Shown here: positions 36,024-44,527 of the stretch, in pieces
How the letters are laid out: each line of letters begins with the position of its first letter
Position numbering within the stretch: the stretch's first letter is position 1
From: Muribaculaceae bacterium
Lineage (GTDB): Bacteria; Bacteroidota; Bacteroidia; Bacteroidales; Muribaculaceae
DNA length: 64,000 nucleotides
Direction of reading: 5' to 3'
NCBI GenBank assembly: GCA_022510425.1
Contig: JAFLTO010000003.1
Span: forward strand, 133,570-197,569
Made by a program: the position numbers and the translations under genes
The notes under the pieces: model-generated
The model's input: only the letters and a program-made list of their open reading frames with translations
Databases searched by the model: none
What the model was told of the DNA's origin: nothing

Positions 36024-37217
36024 ATGATTCAACTTCCTTTCGGGAATCCCTTTGCTGTGATGGCAAAGCCGGTGGGTTCTGCCTGCAATCTCAGATGTAA
36101 GTATTGCTATTATCTGGAAAAAGGGAAATTCTATAAAACGGGTGACTCACATTTGATGAATGATGAGTCACTCGAAAATTTTATTTCTCAATACATAAGC
36201 AGTCAGCCAACTCAGACTGTTGTTTTCAATTGGCACGGAGGTGAGGCTTTGATAAGGCCTCTTTCATTCTATAAAAAGGTGATAGAATTGGAATCAAAAT
36301 ATGCCAATGGTCGAGAAATTAGCAATACAATACAGACAAACGGCACCTTATTGAGCGATGAATGGTGTGAATTTTTCAAAGAAAATAATTGGCTTGTAGG
36401 TGTGTCAATAGATGGGCCTCAGCACTTGCATGATATTTATAGGAAGCGTCATGACGGCTCTTCGTCTTTCCCGGATTTGATAGAGGGCATAGATCTTCTC
36501 AACAAACATAGAGTAGACTGGAATGTGTTGGCAACAGTTAATGCGGCTAATGCTGATTATCCGGAGCAAACCTACCGTTATCTTAAGGAATTGGGCACTC
36601 CTTTTATTCAATTCACCCCTGTGGTGGAAAGAATTAAGAGAGATGGAATGTTGGCTAATCAAAGTGAAGAAAACATCAAACTTGCGGATTTTTCTGTCAA
36701 ACCATTACAATGGGGAAATTTTATGTGTAGAGTTTTCGATGAATGGGTAAAAACCGATGTAGGAACAATCTATGTGCAACTATTCGATGCCACGTTAGCC
36801 AATAAAATGGGAGAGCAGTCGCCCGTATGTACTATGGCATCCGAATGTGGTTCCGCATTGGCTGTAGAATTCAACGGTGACGTATATTCATGCGATCATT
36901 TTGTATTCCCGCGATATAAACTTGGGAATATTTATAATAAACCTCTGTGGCAAATGGCTATGAGTGAACCTCAGAGAAGGTTCGGAAGCAATAAGAAAGA
37001 TTCCCTGCCAAAAAAATGTCGGGAATGTGAATACCTATGGGCTTGCCATGGAGAATGTCCCCGAAACCGTTTTGTGAAAACCAATGAGAAGGGAAGATAT
37101 CTGAATTACTTATGCGAAGGCTATAAGATGTTTTTCCGACATGTTTCTCCGGCTATGGAATTCATGAAACGTGAACTCGAAGCCGGTCGTCCCCCGGCCA
37201 ACATTATGAATAAATAG
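36024..37217 (+). CDS. Anaerobic sulfatase-maturating enzyme (radical SAM, SPASM domain)
   Basis: CNLRCKYCYY (CX3CX2C, 36084-36107), the C-terminal Cys clusters CTMASECG..YSCDHF..CRECEYLWACHGECPRNR, ~400 aa, and its position inside a sulfatase locus. Confidence 0.88.
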   Translation: MIQLPFGNPFAVMAKPVGSACNLRCKYCYYLEKGKFYKTGDSHLMNDESLENFISQYISSQPTQTVVFNWHGGEALIRPLSFYKKVIELESKYANGREISNTIQTNGTLLSDEWCEFFKENNWLVGVSIDGPQHLHDIYRKRHDGSSSFPDLIEGIDLLNKHRVDWNVLATVNAANADYPEQTYRYLKELGTPFIQFTPVVERIKRDGMLANQSEENIKLADFSVKPLQWGNFMCRVFDEWVKTDVGTIYVQLFDATLANKMGEQSPVCTMASECGSALAVEFNGDVYSCDHFVFPRYKLGNIYNKPLWQMAMSEPQRRFGSNKKDSLPKKCRECEYLWACHGECPRNRFVKTNEKGRYLNYLCEGYKMFFRHVSPAMEFMKRELEAGRPPANIMNK

Positions 37218-37253
37218 GAAGGAGGACTTTTGAGTCCTCCCTTAATTCAATTA

Positions 37254-38066
37254 TCACAATAACAATGACTTTGCGTCTAAGTTAGTTGCCTCAATATCTT
37301 TATAATATCTATAAGTTCCCATCTTAAGGTCTTCGCAGGCTGGGTCATCGCATACAATTATTGCCTTTGGATGCATTTGAAGGGCTGAAATTGTCCATTG
37401 ATGGGTAACTCCACCTTCCACCCCATGTTGCAACGCACGGCTCTTATTGAAACCGTTAACAATAAGCATCACACTCTTGGCATCCATGATTGTGCCGACA
37501 CCTACAGTCAGTGCATATCTTGGCACTTTGTTTACATCATTACCGAAGAAACGGGAGTTTGCAAACATGGTTTCCTTAGTAAGAGTCTTCATTCTTGTGC
37601 GTGATGTAAGTGATGAGCCCGGTTCATTGAAAGCAATATGTCCGTCGGTACCTACGCCACCAACAAACAAATCTATTCCTCCCACACTTTTGATCTTATC
37701 TTCATATCTCTGACATTCAGCTTCAGGGTCAGGGGCATTGCCATCCAAAATATTTACATTCTCCTCAGGAATGTCAATATGATTGAAGAAGTTTGTCCAC
37801 ATGAAAGTGTGATAACTTTGTTCATGGTTTTTAGGGATTCCACAATATTCGTCCATATTGAAGGTAATCACATTTTTGAACGATACTTTCCCTTCTTTAT
37901 TCAGTTTGATAAGGTTACGATACATACCAAGGGGAGAGCTTCCGGTGGGTAATCCTAAAACGAACGGTTTTTCCGGTGTTGCGTTTGCCTTGTTTATTCG
38001 TGCAGCTACATAATTAGCCGCCCATTCCGATACACTTTCATAATCAGGCTCAATGATAAGACGCAT
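37254..38066 (-). CDS. nagB: Glucosamine-6-phosphate deaminase
   Basis: ATG at 38066 gives [12 protein letters not shown].. (270 aa). Canonical motifs [14 protein letters not shown] and [16 protein letters not shown] are present. The tracked start at 38108 adds 14 unlikely residues. Confidence 0.93.
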   Translation of the reverse strand: MRLIIEPDYESVSEWAANYVAARINKANATPEKPFVLGLPTGSSPLGMYRNLIKLNKEGKVSFKNVITFNMDEYCGIPKNHEQSYHTFMWTNFFNHIDIPEENVNILDGNAPDPEAECQRYEDKIKSVGGIDLFVGGVGTDGHIAFNEPGSSLTSRTRMKTLTKETMFANSRFFGNDVNKVPRYALTVGVGTIMDAKSVMLIVNGFNKSRALQHGVEGGVTHQWTISALQMHPKAIIVCDDPACEDLKMGTYRYYKDIEATNLDAKSLLL

Positions 38067-38105
38067 GTGTTTAAAATAAATTTTAAGGTTAAAAATGTTT
38101 ATTAG

Positions 38106-38113
38106 CAAAGATA
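38106..38113 (-). promoter_or_regulatory. Candidate -7 box for nagB (TATCTTTG on the minus strand)
   Basis: Plus-strand CAAAGATA is the reverse complement of TAnnTTTG, 40 nt upstream of the nagB ATG. Confidence 0.4.
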
Positions 38114-38154
38114 CCTAAAAAAATCTTCTTATTGCTTATAATCAAAAAAAAAGT

Positions 38155-38162
38155 TAGATTTG
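38155..38162 (+). promoter_or_regulatory. Candidate -7 box TAGATTTG for the NagB-like/LmbE-like fusion gene
   Basis: Matches TAnnTTTG 33 nt upstream of the ATG at 38195. Divergent from the nagB box. Confidence 0.4.
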
Positions 38163-38194
38163 CAATATAAAAAATCTTATTAACCGAAATTTCC

Positions 38195-40177
38195 ATGAAG
38201 ACTGATTTAAGTTCAAAGATAAAGCTGGAACAGATTCCAAAAAGATATTTTTCACCCCAGGATGAAGTGGAACTCGCCACTCTGACTCAAAGAGAAAAAG
38301 TTTATACCAAGATATTTGAAACAGCTTCGGAGGGTAGTGAATACCTTGCCGATGCTATGGTTAAATATATTAATCGAGCCTTGGAATCAAAAAACAAATG
38401 TTTCCTAGCTCTCGATTCAGCTAAAAGTTTGGATGAAACTTATGCAGCTCTGATAAGAATGTATAATGAGAATAAAGTTAATTTTTCTAATGTATATGTT
38501 TATCAGCTATGTGAATTCCTCCCACAAGAGGAGGGAGCCCCGAGCACTCTCAGTCGTCTTCATGAAATTTTCCTCGATCATGTGAATGTAAAAAAAGAGC
38601 ATATACGTACTTTCAATCTTAAAGAAGCTAAGGAGAATATATATAGCAGCTGTAAAGCCTATGAACAATATTTTGCAGGTTCTGGGGCAATAGACATTAC
38701 TCTATGTGAAATAGGACCATCCGGAAACCTTGCTTTCAATGGTCCAGGTACTCCGGCCACGAAAACATGCCGTTTGGTCCACCTTGACGATGAAATGCGT
38801 AAAAGTATTTCTGAAGAATATAACAATGATAACGTTCCTGCCACAGGAATAACCGTAGGAATTGCAAACATATTGTCTTCAAAACATATTCTCACAACCG
38901 CCTGGGGCGAGAATAAGGCCAAAATTATTCAGGAAACTGTAGAGGATATACCAAATTCCAATGTGCCGGCTTCGTTCTTGCAGGGACATTCCAATGCTGT
39001 AGTGGTGGTAGACTTGCCGGCTGCTGAATATCTTACACGTATAGCACATCCTTGGAAAGTGACTTCATGTGATTGGAACGATAAGTTAATAAGAAGAGCT
39101 ATTGTCTGGCTTTGTCATAAAACAGGGAAACCAATACTTAAACTCACAGACAGGGATTTCCAGGATGCGGGGTTAAGCGAATTGATTGCTCTATATGGTT
39201 CAGCTTATAATGTAAACATCAAAATCTTTAATGATTTGCAGCACACAATCACTGGCTGGCCCGGAGGAAAACCTAATGCTGACGACACCTATCGACCGGA
39301 AAGAGCATTGCCATATCCTAAAAAAGTGCTTATCTTCAGCCCGCACCCGGATGATGATGTAATCTCTATGGGTGGAACACTTAAACGACTTGTAGATCAA
39401 GGTCATGATGTGCACGTGGCATATCAGACTTCGGGAAACATAGCAGTGGGTGATGAGGATATGATGAGATACGTGATGCTGATGGATAATATTGCAAACC
39501 GTTTCGGTTTCAATACTCCTGAATTTGCAAACATGTCCGTAGATATCCATGATTATGTAAACAATAAAAAGAGTGGTGATCCCGATTCGGAAGATATAAG
39601 GTTTCTGAAAACAAAAATCAGACAGGGAGAGGCTCGAATAGCTTGCCATTATGTGGGTGTGAAACCTGAAAATGTCCATTTCCTTAATCTTCCTTTCTAT
39701 GAAACAGGCACTATCAAGAAGGGTAATCTCACAGAAAAAGATATGAGGGTGGTGAAAGATCTTATTGAAGACATTAAACCTCATGAAATATTCGTAGCCG
39801 GAGATCTTGCAGACCCTCATGGAACTCATAAAGTTTGTACTGACGCAGTGTTTGCTGCAATAGATGAGGTGAAAGATGATGAATGGATGAAGGATTGCAA
39901 AATCTGGATGTACAGAGGAGCTTGGGCTGAATGGGAGATAGACCATATTGAAATGGCCGTGCCAATAAGTCCGGAAGAACTCAGAATAAAAAGAAATTCA
40001 ATCCTTAAGCATCAAAGTCAGATGGAAAACGCTCCGTTCTTGGGAAATGACGACCGTTTATTCTGGCAGAGAGCTGAAGACCGCAATAGAGCAACAGCTA
40101 AATTGTATCATGACCTCGGATTGGCATCCTACGAAGCAATAGAAGCCTTTGTGGAATATCACCCCATAAGGGAATAA
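38195..40177 (+). CDS. Fusion protein: N-terminal NagB-like domain lacking the canonical catalytic residues + C-terminal LmbE/PIG-L-type de-N-acetylase domain
   Basis: The N-terminal half aligns with the adjacent NagB, but FNMDEY becomes YQLCEF (Cys codon 38510-12) and [13 protein letters not shown] becomes GPSGNLAFNGPGT (38720-38743). The C-terminal half has VLIFSPHPDDDVISMGG (PHPDDD at 39341-39358) and DPHGTHKV. Confidence 0.8.
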   Translation: MKTDLSSKIKLEQIPKRYFSPQDEVELATLTQREKVYTKIFETASEGSEYLADAMVKYINRALESKNKCFLALDSAKSLDETYAALIRMYNENKVNFSNVYVYQLCEFLPQEEGAPSTLSRLHEIFLDHVNVKKEHIRTFNLKEAKENIYSSCKAYEQYFAGSGAIDITLCEIGPSGNLAFNGPGTPATKTCRLVHLDDEMRKSISEEYNNDNVPATGITVGIANILSSKHILTTAWGENKAKIIQETVEDIPNSNVPASFLQGHSNAVVVVDLPAAEYLTRIAHPWKVTSCDWNDKLIRRAIVWLCHKTGKPILKLTDRDFQDAGLSELIALYGSAYNVNIKIFNDLQHTITGWPGGKPNADDTYRPERALPYPKKVLIFSPHPDDDVISMGGTLKRLVDQGHDVHVAYQTSGNIAVGDEDMMRYVMLMDNIANRFGFNTPEFANMSVDIHDYVNNKKSGDPDSEDIRFLKTKIRQGEARIACHYVGVKPENVHFLNLPFYETGTIKKGNLTEKDMRVVKDLIEDIKPHEIFVAGDLADPHGTHKVCTDAVFAAIDEVKDDEWMKDCKIWMYRGAWAEWEIDHIEMAVPISPEELRIKRNSILKHQSQMENAPFLGNDDRLFWQRAEDRNRATAKLYHDLGLASYEAIEAFVEYHPIRE

Positions 40178-40218
40178 ATATAAAAAGAGAAAATCTCTTT
40201 CTAATTAGTCAATAGATT

Positions 40219-40674
40219 ATGAGAATAGCACTCGCATCGGACCATGCCGGTTTTGAATTGAAAGAATATTTGAAACCTTTTCTTGAGGAGAAGGGGTATG
40301 AACTTTTAGACTTTGGTACAAATTCCGCTGCCTCTTGTGATTATCCGGATTATGCCCATCCTGCTGCATTGGCAGTGGAAGATGGTAGATGTGATCTTGG
40401 AATTGCTATGTGCGGTTCGGGCAACGGCATCTCAATGACTCTAAATAAGCATCAGGGTATTCGTGCCGCTTTATGTTGGCTTCCCGAGTTGGCAGATCTT
40501 GCGAAGAAGCATAATAATGCTAATGTGCTTGTGCTCCCGGCTCGCTTTATTTCAAAAGCTGAAGCTGAAAAAATCGTTGAGACTTTCCTTAGTGCTTCTT
40601 TTGAAGGAGGACGTCATCAAAACCGAATCGATAAAATTCCTCTCAATATATCAGTGGAAGGGGAGATCTTGTAA
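40219..40674 (+). CDS. rpiB: Ribose-5-phosphate isomerase B
   Basis: MRIALASDHAGFELKEYL, CGSGNGISM, 151 aa. Confidence 0.9.
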   Translation: MRIALASDHAGFELKEYLKPFLEEKGYELLDFGTNSAASCDYPDYAHPAALAVEDGRCDLGIAMCGSGNGISMTLNKHQGIRAALCWLPELADLAKKHNNANVLVLPARFISKAEAEKIVETFLSASFEGGRHQNRIDKIPLNISVEGEIL

Positions 40675-41027
40675 TGGAATACAAGATTTCCCTTAAAAAT
40701 CTCTCCTTCTACTCTTATCATGGTGTTTTGGAAGAAGAAAGGAAGATAGGTAATGAATTTAGGGTTTCATTATCTGTCTTTATTCCTTACAATCAAGAGA
40801 TAATAAACGACGATCTTTCCGCCACTGTCTCTTATGCTGATTTATATGAAATAGTGAAAGCGGAGATGGGTAGTCCAAAAAAACTTCTTGAAACCGTGGC
40901 TCAGAGAATAGTTGCAGAAATAAAGGCAGGTTTCCCTCAAATAATACGAGGTGAAGTCACTATCGAAAAAATTCATCCTCCCATCCCAAGTATGCTGGGA
41001 TCAGCCTCCGTCACACTATTATTTTGA
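40674..41027 (+). CDS. folB: Dihydroneopterin aldolase
   Basis: 117 aa with ..FYSYHGVLEEERKIGNEF.. typical of FolB. The start overlaps the rpiB stop (TAATG). Confidence 0.8.
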   Translation: MEYKISLKNLSFYSYHGVLEEERKIGNEFRVSLSVFIPYNQEIINDDLSATVSYADLYEIVKAEMGSPKKLLETVAQRIVAEIKAGFPQIIRGEVTIEKIHPPIPSMLGSASVTLLF

Positions 41028-41113
41028 CATATGCCTATAACAGCTTTTATGATTGAAAACTATTGAAGAATCCTAAGTATTCACGAGTTTTTTTAATTTT
41101 TTTCTTATAAAAA

Positions 41114-41145
41114 TTTGTAGTCATAAAAAAAAGTGACTAACTTTG
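41114..41145 (+). promoter_or_regulatory. Candidate tRNA promoter: -33 TTTG (41114-41117) and -7 TAACTTTG (41138-41145)
   Basis: Both consensus elements are present with a 20-nt spacer, about 40 nt upstream of the tRNA 5' end. Confidence 0.55.
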
Positions 41146-41185
41146 CATTCGCAAACGGGGTAATAACTTCCCCCAAAGCAATAAT

Positions 41186-41259
41186 GGTTCCTTAGCTCAA
41201 CTGAATAGAGCATCTGACTACGGATCAGAAGGTTACAGGTTTGAATCCTGTAGGAATCA
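41186..41259 (+). tRNA. tRNA-Arg (anticodon ACG), no encoded CCA
   Basis: Folded by hand. Acceptor GGTTCCT/AGGAATC (one G-U), D-stem GCTC/GAGC, anticodon stem TCTGA/TCAGA with loop CT-ACG-GA, 5-nt variable loop, T-stem ACAGG/CCTGT, discriminator A. 74 nt. Confidence 0.9.
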
Positions 41260-41267
41260 CAACTTTA

Positions 41268-41312
41268 AATCCTAAATCACTATAAATTAGCGGTTTAGGA
41301 TTCTTCTTTTTT
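41268..41312. terminator. Hairpin (9-bp stem AATCCTAAA / TTTAGGATT, 17-nt loop) plus T-run; lies between the tRNA and the convergent TPR gene
   Basis: Inverted repeat at 41268-41276 and 41294-41302, followed by CTTCTTTTTT. It could serve both convergent transcripts. Confidence 0.55.
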
Positions 41313-41353
41313 AAGTCCTTTGTCCTTGTCTCAGACTTTAGGGTTTCAGACAC

Positions 41354-42220
41354 TCAGGGGATAAATTGGGAGGCATAAGCCGGCTCTATTCCTTTGGATA
41401 TGGCAATTTTTTTATCTGCCTGAGCCTCATCGTATCGATAATTGAGTTTATGAAGATATCCTCTCAGCAGATAATACATTGGGTTCTCCGGATTTTGTAT
41501 CAACGCATCTTTGATGGCTGATCGAGCCTCTGTAAAATGGTCGGAATCTATTAATAAAAAAATATAAGCTTCTCTGGCTTCTTCATCTTCCGGATTTATT
41601 GCCAAGGCTTCTTTATAATTTTCTTCAGCTTTTTCAATTTCTCCATTACTTTCCGCTATAGCAGCCAACCCTGAATAAACCGATGAATTATTTGGAAATT
41701 CTCTCCTTATTTTTTCGAAAAGGGTTACAGCATTAGAAAATTCTTTTTCATTAAGATATAAGAATGCACGTGTCTGAAGAGTCCATTCTTGTATAGAATC
41801 AATAGCAAGACTTTTATCAAGATCATTTTTTGCAGATTTTAAGCTATCTATCAGCAGATATGTATGAGCCCGATTATTGAGCAATACTGTTGAAGAGGGA
41901 GCCAAGCTCAACCCTGAGGATAAAGATTCAAGAGCCTTTGAATATTCACCTTTTTGAGTTTGCACTAACCCTAAATTGGCTAACAATAGAGAATTTGTGA
42001 AATTAGCCGGTTCCAGTCTAAGGGCTTTAATTATAACCTCTTCAGCACGATTCCAATTTTCAAGAGCTATAAAATAATCAGCTGAATCGGCTAATTCGAG
42101 GTATTTTGACGTAACAGGAACGGAAACATTGCTGTTTCCGTCATTTTTTTCTGTCGGGAAACATAAATGTCTCCCTAAAAGAAATAGTATGAAAAGCCAT
42201 ATGATGCGGTTCCACATCAT
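41354..42220 (-). CDS. TPR-repeat protein with N-terminal signal/anchor
   Basis: Repeated 34-aa-like units (..AEEVIIKALRLEPAN.., ..ALESLSSGLSLAPSS.., ..AEENYKEALAINPEDEEA..) and a hydrophobic N-terminus. Confidence 0.7.
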   Translation of the reverse strand: MMWNRIIWLFILFLLGRHLCFPTEKNDGNSNVSVPVTSKYLELADSADYFIALENWNRAEEVIIKALRLEPANFTNSLLLANLGLVQTQKGEYSKALESLSSGLSLAPSSTVLLNNRAHTYLLIDSLKSAKNDLDKSLAIDSIQEWTLQTRAFLYLNEKEFSNAVTLFEKIRREFPNNSSVYSGLAAIAESNGEIEKAEENYKEALAINPEDEEAREAYIFLLIDSDHFTEARSAIKDALIQNPENPMYYLLRGYLHKLNYRYDEAQADKKIAISKGIEPAYASQFIP

Positions 42221-42223
42221 TGG

Positions 42224-44278
42224 CTATTTTTGTTTCTTATAATGGTTTAATCCGCTATTTAGGAAATGTAGATAAGCTGGAACATCTTCTTTGTAGCTGT
42301 AGGAGGATGTCATAGGTTTTCCTTCATCATTTACAATCACATAAAATGGTTGCGCATTAGCACCGAACTTTGACCTCTGGAGGTAACTCCATTTGTCACC
42401 ATATGTTCTTAAAGTCCTTATTTGACCATCCTTTTCAGTTACTTTCACAGGTTCCGGTAATGGAGTTTTATCATCTACCATCAATGTCACAAGCACGAAA
42501 TCATTATCGAGCATCTGTTTAACTTCGGGATTGGTCCACACTGCCGCTTCCATCTTTCGACAATTTACACAACCAAAACCTGAGAAATCGAGTAAAACCG
42601 GTTTATTTAATTCCTTGCCAATCTGCAAACCTTCGTCATAATCCTCCACCTGAGCTTTTACTTCTCCATCGAATAAATTGAAATCTTGAGTCGACAGAGG
42701 AGGAGTGAAAGCACTAATGCTCTTTAAGGGTGCGCCCCATAAGCCCGGAAGCATATACACTGCAAATGAAAGGGATATAACTGCGAGACAAAATCTGAAG
42801 AGTCCCACTTTCTCCACTTTGTCATCATGAGGGAAGGTGAGTTTACCTAACAGATAGAAGCCAAGTAATGCGAAAATTACTATCCATAAGGATACGAATA
42901 CTTCTCTGTCAAGCACTCTCCATCCATATGCAAGGTCGGCAACTGAAAGGAATTTTAAAGCAAGGGCTAATTCCAGGAAACCTAAAACAACTTTTACAGT
43001 GTTCATCCAGCCACCGCTCTTGGGGACGGCCTTTAGCATTGTCGGGAACATTGCAAATATAGAGAAGGGTAGTGCTAATGCCAAAGCAAATCCCCCCATG
43101 CCTACTGCCGGTGAAACGAAATTGGATGTGGCCGCCGCCTCTACAAGAAGAGTTCCGATTATGGGACCCGTGCAAGAGAAAGATACGAGAGCCAAAGTGA
43201 AAGCCATAAAAAATATACTTACATAGCCAGAAGTGGAATCCACTTTAGAGTCCATTTTATTGGTCCATGAAGAGGGCAGTGTTAATTCAAAACCCCCCAT
43301 AAAAGAAATAGCGAATATAACCAATAAAATAAAGAATGCTATGTTGAAGCCGGCACTTGTTGCCAGTTCATTCAAGGCGGATGCACCAAAAAGAACTGTA
43401 ACGATTATTCCTAAGGCTACATAGATTACAATTATCGATAATCCATATATACCCGCCGATGCAAGCGATTTTTTCTTTGTTTTGTTCTGTTTCAAAAAGA
43501 AACTTACAGTCATGGGAATCATCGGCCAAACACAAGGTGTAACTAAGGCTATCAAACCTCCGACAAATCCTGCAATGAAAATATACCAAAGAGATCTGGA
43601 TTGTTGTTCCGGATCATGAGAAAACACCATCATTTCCGCTTCAACATTTGCCCACCAATTATGATGTGCCGTTATGCCGCTAAGATTTGCCTCAGGAGTC
43701 ATCCATGATTCAGAACCTTGCACTGAATCAGTCATTTGTGTCAGTTCTATGGCCTCTTCATGTATCTTTTCAGCTTCTGTTTCTTTTATAGTCTCTGTCT
43801 TCTCTTCTTTTATATCTTCAGCTTTACTTGCTTTGATTGGTGCAGATCCTTCAAATTTATGAGAACCAAAAACTTGAGTACAACCTACATCATTACATGC
43901 CTGACCCTTTATTTCTACTTCAATGCTGTAATTGGCTTCAGTTGGCTTTATTTTTTGGGTGAATGTAACCTCACCATCATATGTATGTTGGTCTAATTCG
44001 AATATTTCATCATATTCTTTATGATATGATTTGTTTGGTACAGGATTACCATCCAGCTTACATCCGTTGGTCTCAAAATAAAAAGTCAATGGATTCGACC
44101 CTCCTTCAGGGTTATCCATTGAGTAAAGATGAAAACCTTGACTGATATGAGCAGTCATTTCGATCGATGGTGAGTCAGTATTGTTTCCTGTTAATTTATA
44201 ACTCCAAGTCACTGACTCTTGTGCGAATATGGTGATCGGCATTAGGAGAAGGCCGATAATCCATACTAATTTCTTCAT
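42224..44278 (-). CDS. DsbD-like thiol:disulfide interchange protein (N-terminal domain, membrane core, C-terminal thioredoxin fold)
   Basis: Membrane-core Cys motifs LVTPCVWPMIP and SFSCTGPIIG; C-terminal thioredoxin-like FSGFGCVNCRKME; 684 aa. Confidence 0.8.
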   Translation of the reverse strand: MKKLVWIIGLLLMPITIFAQESVTWSYKLTGNNTDSPSIEMTAHISQGFHLYSMDNPEGGSNPLTFYFETNGCKLDGNPVPNKSYHKEYDEIFELDQHTYDGEVTFTQKIKPTEANYSIEVEIKGQACNDVGCTQVFGSHKFEGSAPIKASKAEDIKEEKTETIKETEAEKIHEEAIELTQMTDSVQGSESWMTPEANLSGITAHHNWWANVEAEMMVFSHDPEQQSRSLWYIFIAGFVGGLIALVTPCVWPMIPMTVSFFLKQNKTKKKSLASAGIYGLSIIVIYVALGIIVTVLFGASALNELATSAGFNIAFFILLVIFAISFMGGFELTLPSSWTNKMDSKVDSTSGYVSIFFMAFTLALVSFSCTGPIIGTLLVEAAATSNFVSPAVGMGGFALALALPFSIFAMFPTMLKAVPKSGGWMNTVKVVLGFLELALALKFLSVADLAYGWRVLDREVFVSLWIVIFALLGFYLLGKLTFPHDDKVEKVGLFRFCLAVISLSFAVYMLPGLWGAPLKSISAFTPPLSTQDFNLFDGEVKAQVEDYDEGLQIGKELNKPVLLDFSGFGCVNCRKMEAAVWTNPEVKQMLDNDFVLVTLMVDDKTPLPEPVKVTEKDGQIRTLRTYGDKWSYLQRSKFGANAQPFYVIVNDEGKPMTSSYSYKEDVPAYLHFLNSGLNHYKKQK

Positions 44279-44527
44279 GATGGTAGTTTATTTAAGGCAA
44301 GTAAAATTAATGAAAATACACTTTCTAACCAACTTGATTTCATTTATTACCTGCTTCAAAATTTGACCAAATGCCTTTGATTTTCTTGCATCAATTACTT
44401 GAAATGCTAAAATCTCATTACAAAATTACATATTTCTTGAAATATATACAAAATAATACCAAATGTTTAATTTGGATTCTTTTCTTTCCTTTTACTTAAT
44501 TTAACATAAAACAAGGTGGATGCCTAA

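Noticed and set aside
39200-39946. 248-aa antisense ORF inside the NagB-like/LmbE-like fusion gene
   Set aside because: The plus-strand frame carries the LmbE zinc motifs across this interval. The antisense product is low-complexity and lacks any start context.
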